This document shows positions 39,704-53,017 of a stretch of 64,000 bases of DNA, piece after piece. The notes under the pieces were generated by a model. That model did not search any database. It was not told the origin of the DNA and saw only the letters and a program-made list of their open reading frames with translations. Source of the DNA: Eledone cirrhosa (taxonomy: Eukaryota); assembly GCA_964016885.1 (NCBI GenBank), contig OZ024763.1, forward strand, positions 15,686,001 through 15,750,000, read 5' to 3'. How positions within the stretch are numbered: position 1 is the stretch's first letter; the number at the start of each line of letters is the position of its first letter. The position numbers and the translations under genes were made by a program.

Positions 39704-40037
39704 TTAACCCTTTATCATTTACATTACTCAATATATACTATCATATTTTCAAGGTAAAGGTTTTATCTTACAGAATTATCTCGCATAATATCGAATCTAT
39801 GATATTTTGAGAACAATACCTTAACCCTTTAATGTTCAAACCGGCCCAAACCGGCCAGAATTCTCTACCTCTTACTGTTGAAACTGGCTGTAACTGGTCA
39901 CTCAAACTGATGTTACGGTATTGTTCTCAAATAATGTGAATGCTAAAGGCTTAACATCAGTATGAGCAGCCGGTTTGAACAGAAAGAGGTGAGAGAATTC
40001 TGGCCAGGTACAGTTGGTTTAAATGCTAAAGGGTTAA
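39704..40037. mobile_element. piggyBac-like MITE with a shortened same-family copy (39825-39950) nested at an internal TTAA
   Basis: caatacc-ttaa[ccctttaatg...tgctaaaggc]ttaa-catcagtatg; the host sequence resumes seamlessly. Confidence 0.8.
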
Positions 40038-40039
40038 AT

Positions 40040-40530
40040 CAACGCCAATTTATTACTGGTGGTTTATTTTATCGACCCCGGAAGGATGAAAGGCAAAGTT
40101 GAACTCAGAACATAAAGGGCCATAACTATATGCCACAAAGCATGTTGTCTGGCTCTCTACCAATACTGCTAATCCATTGCCCTCCTCTGTCCTAATAATT
40201 GTTTCTACTTTTGGCACAAGGCCAGCAATTATCTCAGTGTATTACTGGTACTTTATTTTATCAACCCTGTGGGATTTGAACTTAGAATGTAAGGGGCCAT
40301 AACTCTATACTGCAAAGCAATGTCTGATGCTGTCCTAATAATTGTTTCTACTTTTGGCACAAGGCCAGCAATTACCCAGTACATTACTGGTACTTTATTT
40401 TATCGACCTCGTAAGGATGAAAGGCAAAGTTGACTTCGGCGGGATTTGAACTCAGTTTGTAAAGGGACGTAACTATACTGGAAAGCATGCCGTCCGACCC
40501 TCTACCAATACTGCTAATCCACCGCCCTGT
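40040..40530 (-). mobile_element. Three head-to-tail SINE family C copies
   Basis: Same motifs as 19910-22415, joined by ctgtcctaataattg. Confidence 0.8.
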
Positions 40531-41378
40531 CCTAATAATAATAATAATTCACTACCATATGTATTCATCATGTTTTTTTCTAATGGCTAAATACATATGC
40601 GGTTCGCCACATCTGCATACTTTACAGTTCTCCCACTAACTGGAGCAATGCATCTTCCCGTTGTCAAGTGAAATGATCATCTGTGAAGTTGCTCTGTTCT
40701 CTTTGCCAGAACAACTGTCTGTCGATGATCACCACAGGAACTACAACTACCTGTAAAGATAGTGGCATTTATTCTCGGGGTTAGTCGCCTCTAGATCCAA
40801 TGTGTTCAGCTCCAAAACAGGGGCACCTCACAGTAGGATATGGCCCGTCACCAGAAACAACTGTCATCGGGTGTAGAGAAGGTAAGAGCTCATCCTCAAA
40901 CGTTGTTAAAACCACATACCACTCCTGGCTCCCAAAATACAGGTAAAACTTGCTTCACCACTGCCTCAAGGCATCGGATGACTCAAGAAGAAGATATGTA
41001 CTCTTGTATTGTTTGTGTCCTATATAAGAAAACCAGAGAAGGAATTGAGTCATTGGAATGTCAGCTAGAACGCTTTGCAGCAGTCATTCCAGTTCTCTAT
41101 GTTCTGAGTTCAAAACTCACCGAAGTCAACTTTGCCTTTCGTTGTTCTGAGGCCAATAAAAAAAATATGTTCAATTCTGAAGTCCTATATCTCTTTCTCA
41201 CTTCCTCTCCCTTTCTCTGGAAGAAACCTGCTATGTTCAGGCCTGGAGAGGGGATGGGTTTTGCCAAGTTTTTAAAATATCCAAGACACACTACACTGCA
41301 TGTAACTACAGAAACACTACAACTCCATCACAAATTACAGGCCCATACATGCATTCATACATACATACATACATTGTT

Positions 41379-41725
41379 GGAGGCACATGGCTTAGTGGTT
41401 AGAGCATTGGCCTTGCAATCGAAAGGTTGTGAGTTCAATTCTCAGACCGGGTGATGTGTTGTTTCCTTGAGCAAGACACTTTATTTCACATTGCTCCAGT
41501 TTACTCAGCTGTAGAAATGAGATGATAGGGACTGGGGTCCCTATCATTCCACTGCAAAGTGGTCGTGGAGGTGCCACGGCAAAAAAGCACCCAGCACTCA
41601 CTGTAAATGAGGTTGGTGTAAGGAAGGGCATCTAGCTGTAGAAATCAAGCCAGAATCAGTTCCCGTCCCACCCTTGCAAGCAGAGAAAAGCGGACGTAAA
41701 ATGAAATAATGATGATGATGATGAT
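41379..41725 (+). mobile_element. Full-length tRNA-derived SINE family A with RTE-type 3' tail (copies: 6803-7137 -, 29230-29545 +, 34928-35200 +, 42169-42500 +, 47432-47658 -, 48880-49159 -, 52718-52967 +, 53171-53475 -)
   Basis: Head ggaggcacatggcttagtggttagagcattgg...gagttcaattctc; tail cccacccttgcaagcagggaaaagcggacgtaaaatg(atg)n matches the RTE 3' end at 44214-44270. Confidence 0.85.
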
Positions 41726-42499
41726 ACATTATAACAAAACAAAACATTAAATGATGAAATGTAAATCCAAACTCAAAAGTGAGGCACCATTTTGAAAAAA
41801 GAGCAGAAGTGGCTGAGGTAATAGGACTCTCAACCATGAGGTCAATTCTTAGGGGTCACTGATTCACATTCAGTCAATGACACCATGTTTGGTGACGTTT
41901 TCAATGACCCAGTCTACTTACGTAAGTAAATACTGTAAGTGGTATAGGTTTACTGCTGAAATCAGCCATCATCATCATCTTAATCATCGCTGTTTAACGT
42001 CTGCTTTTCGTAAGGGTTGAACTATATAGAAATGATGAATATTTCACAGGTTTGGAGTGCCAGGTGTTATTTAATTACTGCTGAAGAAGGAAAGTTACCT
42101 GCATTAGAACTGTATGCTATCCAGAGGAAGATTTATTTTGTAGTTACCATATATACTTGAATATAACATGGAGGCACATGGCTTAGTGGTTAGAGCATTG
42201 GCCTTGCAATCGAAAGGTTGTGAGTTCAATTCTCAGACCAAGTGTTGTTTCCTTGAGCAAGACATTTTATTTCACATTGCTCCAGTTTACTCAGCTGTAG
42301 AAATGAGATGATAGGGACTGGGGTCCCTATCATTCCACTGCAAAGTGGTCATGGAGGCGCCACGGAAAAAAAGCACCCAGCACTCACTGTAAATGAGGTT
42401 GGTGTTAGGAAGGGCATCCAGCTGTAGAAATCAAGCCAGAATCAGTTCCTGTCCCACCCTTGCAAGCAGGGAAAAGCAGACGTAAAATGAAAATGAAAA

Positions 42500-42909
42500 A
42501 ACCCTACCGCTTATTTTATGCCTGAGAAGTAGGCAAAAATCCAAACCCCGTGCATATATAGAGGCAGCTAATCAACAAATTGTTTAGATGATGTGGTTTG
42601 GAAATTCTCATGAGTGGAGAAAATATCTATAAAGTTTCAAAGTGCTATGTAGAGTGTAGTAGATTTTGTTTCAAAACTCCATTACATAATTTTTAAAACC
42701 AATTTCCAACCGTTTTAAAGGCTATATTCATTCAAAACATCAAAAAACAACAGGAAAATTCAATTTCACCTCCAAAGCGAAAATATTTTAGCACCTTATT
42801 TGAAGTTGATGAAAATCATCAAAATATTGACCTCGAATAAGCCAACCTCCATTTTACCATCGATTTTTTTATCACATATTGCTTAGCTTATATACAAGTA
42901 TATACAGTA
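42500..42909. mobile_element. Unexpanded copy of the 16192-18006 element (left end missing next to a SINE-A copy)
   Basis: Shared blocks taggcaaaaatccaaacccc, aaattctcatgagtgga, attcattcaaaacatcaaaaa, ttcacctccaaagcgaaaa, aaaatattgacct; ends tatatacagta. Confidence 0.7.
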
Positions 42910-43336
42910 CTTATTACTACAGAAACACATTATAAACATTCGCTGATCATAAGGATACTTGGAAGAACATCTGTTTTTCAAAGCTTCAATGGGCTGAATG
43001 GAGTTTTTTATGACCTGAAACTCTTCCTGTCAACGTATGTCTTAGTCTTATTATGGTACACGCTACTAGGGAGTGTCCAACCCCTACTCTGTAGAATCTA
43101 TTGTTTATGTGGGACATTACTCCTGCAGGCTTTATAAACGGGGGTCAATTTGGTGTTTATAGTGATTAGCATTATGATAGCCCTGTAAATGTGGTTAGTG
43201 AAAGGCAGGGCATCCAGCCATAGATGGCCTGCCAGAAACAGTTCTGTACGAGTGAGACATGGTCACCCGACCAATCTTGTCTCAAGTGGGACAAACCTGT
43301 CCAACCCATACTAGCATGGAAGATGGATGTTAAACA

Positions 43337-43368
<32 letters not shown>

Positions 43369-43519
43369 AGCATATGGCTTTGTAGTTAGAGAATTGGATA
43401 TCCTATTGTGAGGTTGTGAGTTCAATTCCCTTACAGGGCGATGCACTGAGTCCTTTGTCACATTGCTCCACCAGTTCACTCAGTTGCAGGAATGAGTTGT
43501 GACGTCACTGGTGCCAAGA

Positions 43520-43654
43520 TTTATTGGACATCATATATAGTGTATATACAATGTATATATATAATGTATATGTAGTGTATATGCATCATCATCATCATCA
43601 TCATTTTACGTCCGCTTTTCCCTATGTAGTGTATATATGATGTATATACATAAC

Positions 43655-43692
<38 letters not shown>

Positions 43693-44099
43693 TATGTATG
43701 TGTAATATAGTGTATATATATATATAGTGTATGTATAATGTGTAATATAGTGTATATATATATATATATATATATAGTGTATGTATAATGTGTAATATAG
43801 TGTATATATATATATATATAGTGTATGTATAATGTGTAATATAGTGTATATATATATAATGTGTATATATGTTGTGACATCACTGGTGCCAAGCCTATTA
43901 GCCTTTACCCTAGGATGACATCATATATAGTGTTTATTTAGTATATATAGTGTATATAGTATATACATATATAGTGTATATAGTATACATATAGTTTTTA
44001 TTTAGTGTATATAGTATATATATAGTGTTTTAGAGTATATAGTATATATATATATATATAGTGTTTTAATGTATATAGTATACATATAGTGTTTTAGTG

Positions 44100-44143
<44 letters not shown>

Positions 44144-45455
44144 TTTTAATGTATATAGTATACATATAGTGTTTTAGTGTATATAGTATATATATATATA
44201 GTGTTTTAGTATATCATCATCATCATCATCATTTTACGTCCGCTTTTCCCTGCTTGCAAGGGTGGGACGGGTCTTATTCAGCACAGCATCTCTCCACTCG
44301 TCACGGTCCTTCGTCATCTCCACCGTGAGCTTCAATGATCTGAGGTCTGCTCTCACCACCTCCGCCCATGTTTTTCGTGGTCTACCTCTACCACGTCTTC
44401 CTTCAACTGGCATTTCCTGGCACTTCTTCACCCATCGGTCATCCTCCATGCGCATCACATGTCCATACCACCTCAGTCTCCTCTCCCGTACACTACATTC
44501 TATCCCTCTCAGACACAGTTTCTCTCTCAACACATTTATGCTGGGTCGTTCACGCATATTTACACTGCACATCCAACGGAGCATGCTTCCCTCATTTCTC
44601 TCCAGCCGTCGCATATCCTCTGCAGTTGCTGCCCATGTCTCACTACCGTACAGCATCGCGCTCCTCACACAGGCATCATACAACCGGCCTTTCGTACGCA
44701 GGGAGAAACCCTTCTTCGTCAACAGAGGAAGCAGCTCCCTAAACTTCTTCCAACCCGTCCTTATTCTAGATGCTATGGCCTCGGAACACCCTCCTCCCAT
44801 GCTAATCTGATCTCCTAGGTACCGGAAGCTATCCACCACTTCTATAGCGCCCTCCTGCATTTGAAAAATGTGTCTATCAATGCGACTTCTACTGTCTAAT
44901 TTCCCTGTACATCTACTGCATACATATTTCTCCCTACCTGTTAGTTTGCCTGCTATCCCGCTACATCTCTTGTGTACCCAGGATCTGCATTGTGTGCATT
45001 TTATAGAATTTATGCCAGTTCCTTTTCTGCATATCGAACATGGCCATTTCCCTGACGGAATCAGGGTATATAGTGTTTTAGTGTATATAGTATACATATA
45101 GTGTTTTAGTGTATATAGTATATATATATATAGTGTTTTAGTGTATATAGTATATATATAGTGTTTTAGTGTATATAGTATATATATAGTGTTTTAGTGT
45201 ATATAGTATATATATAGTGTTTTAGTGTATATAGTATATATAGTGTTTCTTTAGTGTATATAGTATATATATATAGTGTTTTAGTGTATATAGTATATAT
45301 ATAGTGTTTTAGTGTATATAGTATATATATAGTGTTTTAGTGTATATAGTATATATATAGTGTTTTAGTGTATATAGTATATATAGTGTTTCTTTAGTGT
45401 ATATAGTATATATATATAGTGTTTCTTTAGTGTAAGTGTATATAGTATATATATG
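43520..45455. repeat. TA-rich minisatellite (gtgttttagtgtatatagtatatatata) expanded within a SINE and split by the RTE insertion
   Basis: Units on both sides of 44214-45065; SINE motif gttgtgac(g/a)tcactggtg(c/g)caag at ~43495, 43871 and 45457. Confidence 0.8.
44214..45065 (-). mobile_element. 5'-truncated RTE-clade LINE with intact 3' ORF: PHD-like finger, RT C-terminus, (ATG)n tail
   Basis: Motifs EVVDSFRYLGD, LYGSETW, RRLRWYGHVMRM, GRGRPRKTW, DRDEWR in an uninterrupted frame. Confidence 0.9.
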
Positions 45456-47675
45456 AGTTGTGACATCACTGGTGGCAAGCTGTATCAGCCATTACCTTTA
45501 TCTTAACATCAGTAGCGTTAGTCATGACAGGCCTGGCAAGCTGGCGAGGGAAAATAAACCTGCTAACAAACCAAACAGAAGACCTCATTTAGGAGGAATG
45601 TCTGGATTGACAGGTCATAAGCTTATCTGGTGTTGGATGAAGAAGATGAAGAAGATGAAGAGTGGTGGTGAGCATTAGAGGTACAAACAGCAGTTTCTGT
45701 CTACCAAATACACTGACAAGGCATTCTTTGACCGGACACTTTAGTTGAAGACACTTCACCAAGGTGCCATGTAGTGGAATAGAACCCATGACCATGTGGG
45801 TTCTATTGAGAAGCAGATTTCTGAATCAATCATCATCAACTTTTAACCCTTTAGCTCTTAAACCAGCCAGAATTCTCTCCCCTCTTTCTGTTTAAAACAG
45901 CCATAACTGGCCACTCACACCAACAATGAGGTACTGTTCTCAAAATAATATCAAAATCTCATAGATTCGATATCATATGAGGTAAAGCCTTTATCATGAA
46001 AATATAATAGTAAATATAATGTAAAGGGTTAATGTCCGTCTTCTCTGCTATCGAATGCTTGGTAGGTCTTCACAAACCAAGTCAGTATTCAAGCTGGGCT
46101 ACTGACCACTCAATGACCAGGGTCCCTGCACCTCACATACATATGATCCTGTGCTCTACCAAATGCATTTTATCATGGCACCAGCACTAGGAAGGTTGTC
46201 ATGTCTTTGACTCAGCTGTACAGACGTCCCAACCTTTTGTTGGGCAGGTTTCCACAGGGTGGACTGTGTGGGTTTTGTCAAAGCAACAACACCACCACCA
46301 TACAGGGTGGACAGACTGTGTGCTTTTTGTCATGGCAACAACACCACCTTCTTACAGGGCAGCCTGGGTGGTTTATGCCAGGGCAATAACACCATCATGT
46401 TACAAGTGGTCTTGGGTACTTTTTTTGTCCATGGCAACAACACGACCACCTTACAAAAAGGAATGGGTGTTTTTTTGTTGTAGCATCAGGATACAGGGTG
46501 GACCGGGTGCTAATATTTGGACCAAAAATCCTTAACCTAAATATATTTTTAATGGTGTCACAGATAAAAGTGAACAAATTACGTTTTTCATGATACTGAC
46601 ATATATTCTCACATGATAAGATATTTCTGAGTGTTCAAATAGTTTTTTATTGCTTTCACTCACAGGACTGCTGCCATGCTGGAGCAATGCAGTCAATGGA
46701 ATTTGATTATATCAATGCAAGCACTTTGATCAGAAGTAAAGGGAATTAGTTAATAAATGCATAACCAAATACTACCAGATAGTGTTTTTTTAGGGGGTGG
46801 GTTCAATGGTGAAATTATCATAATCATCATCACCACCAGTTTAATCCAGTCATAATTCTCTCACCTTTCTGTTCAAACCAGCCATAACCAGCTGCTCATA
46901 CTTATGTTAGGGTATTGTTCTCAAAATAAATAATATCAAAATCTAATAGGTTCAAAATTATGCGAGATAAAGCCTTTACTGTGAAAATACAACAGTGAAT
47001 ATAGAATAATGCAAATGCTAAAGGGTTAACGTATATTTTCCATACTTGCATGGGTTAGATTTCTACAGATGGATGCCCTTTCTAATGCCAGCCACTTTAC
47101 AGTATGTACTGGAATCATTTTATCATGATATATATATATATATATATATATATGTTGGTTGTTTACCGACACCTCAGTATGCAGATTGGAAGAACGGATG
47201 TAAAACGGTGATGATGATGATGTTAGGAAGGGCATCCAACTATAGAAATCAAGCCAGAATCAGTTCCTGTATGAGCAAGACAAGGTGTCAGCTGACTGGA
47301 CACTGCCCACAACAGGACAACCCGTCTAACCCATGCTAGCATGGAAGAACGGATGTAAAACGGTGATGATGATGATGATAATGGTGGAACTAATCTGAGT
47401 TTTTAACTCAATATATACTTTTGATATATCATTTTCATTTTCATTTCATTTTACGTCCGCTTTTCCCTGCTTGCAAGGGTGGGACGGGAACTGATTCTGG
47501 CTTGATTTCTACAGCTGGATGCCCTTCCTAACACCAACCTCATTTACAGTGAGTGCTGGGTGCTTTTTTTTTTTGCCGTGGCACCTCCACGACCACTTTG
47601 CAGTGGAATGATAGGGGCCTCAGTCCCTATCATCTCATTTCTACAGCTGAGTAAACTGTTATATATATATATAAC

Positions 47676-47767
47676 AACTAGAAATTGATTAACATATAAA
47701 TAAACATATGAAACAATCTCCTATGATTGTTTCATATGTTTATTTATACGTTAATCAATTTCTAGTT
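47676..47767. repeat. ~43-bp inverted repeat, 6-nt loop
   Basis: aactagaaattgattaacatataaataaacatatgaaacaatc-tcctat-gattgtttcatatgtttatttatacgttaatcaatttctagtt; one mismatch (G-U on the minus strand). Confidence 0.9.
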
Positions 47768-47897
47768 TTTATAAAATGCTCGGACCTATTCATTAGAATC
47801 TTGGAGCTTATTTTACGGGTGATATGGCGCATGCCTTTCTGGCATGACATCCATAATTTTGATTTAGATTAAATTCATTTTGATTTATCTTAATTTT

Positions 47898-47951
<54 letters not shown>

Positions 47952-48315
47952 CATTGAACTAAAACCTGTTGAGAAAGTGGCTTCCTTGTTCAATCATCTT
48001 ACCAGAAACCTGACATTATTTATGTAAGCGGACGGTACTTGATTTAGGAGCCGCAGAAACCCAAATACTGGATTTTACCAACCTTACAGGGGTCCGGGTA
48101 AATTTTCAATACCCGAATTACTTGATCGTTTTTTTTTTTTGGCTATGCGAATGATTGTTTGACCATCGTCTCAGTGTGTTTGGTCTTTAACGTTTGTTAT
48201 AGCTCTGGTTCATCTGAATCATTGAGCACTTGCCACACATCTCGGAGGTTGTTTTTCGTTATTTCGTGGGCCGAAATGCGAATCTCGATAATTTATGTTT
48301 ATATATATATATATA

Positions 48316-48530
48316 CAGTTGTCCCTCGGTATTCGCAAGGGGTTATGTTCCTAGAGCACCCGCGAAGAGGGGAAAAACTGCAAACATTGGACAGTATATT
48401 GTTATTAATAATTAAGCTTTAAAAAGCGAGAAAAAATATATATTGCCACGAAAAATGCCATTAAAAAATCGCAGAAGATATTTACATTACCGCGACTAAG
48501 CAGTGATTTCCATGAACAATTATTAGTTAG
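48316..48530 (+). mobile_element. Tigger-like transposon end
   Basis: ta-CAGTTGTCCCTCGGTATTCGC terminus; other end not found. Confidence 0.45.
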
Positions 48531-48561
48531 GTTCTCAGGAAAATTCCATCAATAACCGGGA

Positions 48562-48875
48562 CCAATGTGCGTGAACAACGAAGCATAGACGATTTGAGAG
48601 ATAAACTGTATATAAGAGGGATAAACTGTAGTGGGCAAGAGAGAAGACTACGTTGGTATGGCCATTTGACGGGCATGGATGATGACCGCTGGGTGAAGAA
48701 GTGCCAGGTAATCCCAGTGGAAGGAAGACCACGGAAAACATGCGTGGAGGTGGTAAGAGCTGACCTCAGATCGATGAAACACACAGAGGAGATGACAAAG
48801 GACCATGACAAATGGAGAGATGCTGTGCTGAAGAGGGCCTGTACCACCTTGCAAGTGGGGAAAAGCGGATATATG
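48562..48875 (+). mobile_element. RTE 3' fragment, tail-to-tail with a SINE-A copy
   Basis: ERRLRWYGHLTGMDDDRWVKKC..GRPRKT..DKWRDAVL. Confidence 0.85.
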
Positions 48876-49157
48876 ATTATCATCATCATCATTTCATTTT
48901 ACGTCCGCTTTTCCCTGCTTGCAAGGGTGGGACAGGAACTGATTCTGGCTTGATTTCTACAGCTGGATGTCCTTCCTAACACCAACCTCATTTACAGTGA
49001 GTGCTGGGTGCTTTTTGTGCCGTGGCACCTCCATGACCACTTTGCAATGTGAAATAAAGTGTCTTGCTCAAGGAAACAACACATCACCCGGTCTGAGAAT
49101 TGAACTCACAACCTTTCGATTGCAAGCCCAATGCTCTAACCACTAAGCCATGTACCT

Positions 49158-49193
<36 letters not shown>

Positions 49194-49609
49194 ACACACA
49201 CACACACACAAACAAACATACAGTTTACACAAGTTTTCCAAAGATACCTATCAAAAGTAGATTCCTGTCCATCTCTTTTCTGAAGATATATTAATACATT
49301 TACCCTTTTCTCAGATTCTCAGTAGTAACTGAAATATTTAGTTAAGAGTGGGCACCACTCCTTACACAGAGGGTCTCTGGGGCCTAATGATATAATAGTA
49401 TATTAAATATCAAATGATACATATTATATATAAATATATATTTATTTATATATCACCATCATATTGTTTAACGTCCATCTTCCACGCTAGTATGGGTTAG
49501 GCGGGATTGTCCCAGTTGAGACAAGATTGGTCGGGTGACCGTGTCTCGCTCGTAAAGGACTGTATCTGGCAGGTCTTCTACGGCTGGATGCCCTTCCTAA
49601 CACCAACCA

Positions 49610-49995
49610 TTTACAGTGTGGACTGGGAGCCTTTTTACCATGTCTCCTACATGACCACTTTACAGAGTGGACTGGGTGCCTTTTTACCGTGTCTCCTACA
49701 TGACCACTTTACAGTCTGGACTGGGAGCCTTTTTACCATGTCTCCTACATGACCACTTTACAGAGTGGACTGGGTGCCTTTTTACCGTGTCTCCTACATG
49801 ACCACTTTCCAGAGTGGACTGGGTGCCTTTTTACCATGTCTCCTACATGAACACTTTACAGAGTGGACTGGGTGCCTTTTTACCATGTCTCCTACATGAC
49901 TACTTTACAGAGTGGACTGGGTGCTTTTTATCATGACCACTTTACAGTGTGGACTGGGTGCTTTTTATCATGACCACTTTACAGTGTGGACTGGA
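49610..49995. repeat. 49-bp minisatellite variant in an RTE 3' UTR
   Basis: Unit tttacagagtggactgggtgcctttttacc(a/g)tgtctcctacatgaccac. Confidence 0.9.
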
Positions 49996-50589
49996 TGTTC
50001 TGTGGTACCAAAATAACTTTACAGAGAAAGGGTGGTGTGGGTGGAAGTGGGAGGATGGGGTATATTTGGTTAAGAGGTGCCTACTGACTGTAGGTTTAAC
50101 TTCGTAGGGAAGGGAAGGCGAGTCTATATTATTTATTATATATAAATTAACGATTTTATTTATCATATATTATTCACAATGTGTTTGGGCAAGTCTCTCT
50201 GGAAATAGGTTTGGGTGGGTGCAGAGGGTATTACGAGGCCATGAGGAGAGAGGTGACCCAAAAAGTTTGAGAACCTCTGCCTTACACTGTGGTTGGTTGG
50301 TTAGAATTAGGGAAAAAGAATCAAATGAAAAGGTCTCCCAATTTAACACAGAACCATAACCATGTATGCTAACATTTTACATCTATTTTCCATGCTTGCT
50401 TGGGTTAGGACAGGGCTGTCACATACTGAAACTAGATATATGGATGACCGCACCTTGCTCATACATTCCATTTTGGCATCGTTTCTATGGTTGGGTGCCC
50501 TTCCTAATGCCGAACACTTCACATTGTGTATGTTTTAAGTTGGTGCTTCCACTACAACGTGATTGAGTGGACTGAATGCTTTTTATCGA

Positions 50590-51815
50590 GGTACCAGCAC
50601 TACCACTTTACAGAGTGGACCAGGTGCATTTATCATGGCATAAACACTACCATTAGTGTGGGGTGAATGTATTTTATATTTTGGCACCAGCACTACCACT
50701 TTACAGAGTGGACCAGGTGCATTTATCATGGCATAAACACTACCATTAGTGTGGGGTGAATGTATTTTATATTTTGGCACCAGCACTACCACTTTACAGA
50801 GTGGACCAGGTGCATTTATCATGGCATAAACACTACCATTAGTGTGGGGTGAATGTATTTTATATTTTGGCACCAGCACTACCACTTTACAGAGTGGACC
50901 AGGTGCATTTATCATGGCATAAACACTACCATTAGTGTGGGGTGAATGTATTTTATATTTTGGCACCAGCACTACCACTTTACAGAGTGGACCAGGTGCA
51001 TTTATCATGGCATAAACACTACCATTAGTGTGGGGTGAATGTATTTTATATTTTGGCACCAGCACTACCACTTTACAGAGTGGACCAGGTGCATTTATCA
51101 TGGCATAAACACTACCATTAGTGTGGGGTGAATGTATTTTATATTTTGGCACCAGCACTACCACTTTACAGAGTGGACCAGGTGCATTTATCATGGCATA
51201 AACACTACCATTAGTGTGGGGTGAATGTATTTTATATTTTGGCACCAGCACTACCACTTTACAGAGTGGACCAGGTGCATTTATCATGGCATAAACACTA
51301 CCATTAGTGTGGGGTGAATGTATTTTATATTTTGGCACCAGCACTACCACTTTACAGAGTGGACCAGGTGCATTTATCATGGCATAAACACTACCATTAG
51401 TGTGGGGTGAATGTATTTTATATTTTGGCACCAGCACTACCACTTTACAGAGTGGACCAGGTGCATTTATCATGGCATAAACACTACCATTAGTGTGGGG
51501 TGAATGTATTTTATATTTTGGCACCAGCACTACCACTTTACAGAGTGGACCAGGTGCATTTATCATGGCATAAACACTACCATTAGTGTGGGGTGAATGT
51601 ATTTTATATTTTGGCACCAGCACTACCACTTTACAGAGTGGACCAGGTGCATTTATCATGGCATAAACACTACCATTAGTGTGGGGTGAATGTATTTTAT
51701 ATTTTGGCACCAGCACTACCACTTTACAGAGTGGACCAGGTGCATTTATCATGGCATAAACACTACCATTTGTGTGGGGTGAATGTATTTTATATTCTAG
51801 CACCAGCACTACCAT
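50590..51815. repeat. 93-bp satellite (dimer of ~47+46-bp monomers), 13 nearly identical copies
   Basis: Period 93 (e.g. 51241 to 51334); 31-aa periodicity in the ORF track. Confidence 0.97.
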
Positions 51816-52980
51816 TTATTAGTGTGGGTTGAATGCCTTCTATCGATGTACCAGCATTGCTATTTTCGACGAGTTTTTTTTATGTTGAAGACAGGGGGAT
51901 TTTGAGTAAAGGGTACAGCAGAAAGAAGAATCAAAAATAAAAAAAGGGAAACCAGAATAAGGTAGTTAGGGGCTGGTAAAATACCACCACAAAGGTCATA
52001 AAGGTGAAATCAAAGAACTCAACAGGAAAACTCTGCCAACCCTAAACAGATGGTAGAATGATGTTTGATAAAAAGTTTTTTTTTTTTAAATGTATATATA
52101 CATATAAAGTTGTTTATACATTGGTGTATATATTTATATGTAGACAAACAAAAGAAATCGGCAAGGTACTGAACAGAAGTTTCAACTTTTTCCTGTGAAA
52201 TTCTAAATGAAAATAATCTCCCTATACACATATGTGAAGGTGTGTGGCTTTGTGGTTAGGGTATTCAGCTCACAAGGTTGTGAGTTCGATTCCCAGTGGT
52301 GTGCTGTATCCTTGAGCAAGACACTTTATTTCATGTTGCTCCAGTCCACTTACCAGGCAAAAACGAGTTGTACCAACCTTTATCACATTCTGTGTCATGC
52401 TGAATCTCCCTGAGAACTACGTTAAAGGTACACGTGTTTGTGGAATGCTCGTATATATGTATGTAGAGCACTCAACAGGTTATGGAGGGTTGTCAATCAT
52501 ACACCCATTAGGAATCTGTACACCATAACCTGTCCCACAAACTAAGTGCTCTGACCCCTTGGATAAGTTTTTACCAAGTTTTTACTACTATATATATATA
52601 TGATCTTTTCATGTTGGCATGGGTTGGACAGGGTGGTTTCTGACAATGCTTCAAAGCCCTTCTTGACACCAACCACTTTTAAATGGTTCTTACAATACAT
52701 AGTGATGTAGGGTCGCTATTTCCTTGAGCAAGACACTTTATTTCACATTGCTCCAGTTTACTCAGCTGTAGAAATGAGATGATAGGACTGGGGTCCCTAT
52801 CATTCCACTGCAAAGTGGTCGTGGAGGTGCCACGGCAAAAAAAGCACCCAGCACTCACTGTAAATGAGGTTGGTGTTAGGAAGGGCATCCAGCTGTAGAA
52901 ATCAAGCCAGAATCAGTTCTCGTCCCACTCTGGCAAGCAGGGAAAAGCGGACGTAAAATGATGATGATATATATATATAT

Positions 52981-53017
<37 letters not shown>

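Noticed and set aside
40840-41454. 204-aa plus-strand ORF
   Set aside because: Runs through SINE fragments and a microsatellite; no domain.
50583-51815. 410-aa repetitive ORF
   Set aside because: Translation of the 93-bp satellite; no unique coding flanks.
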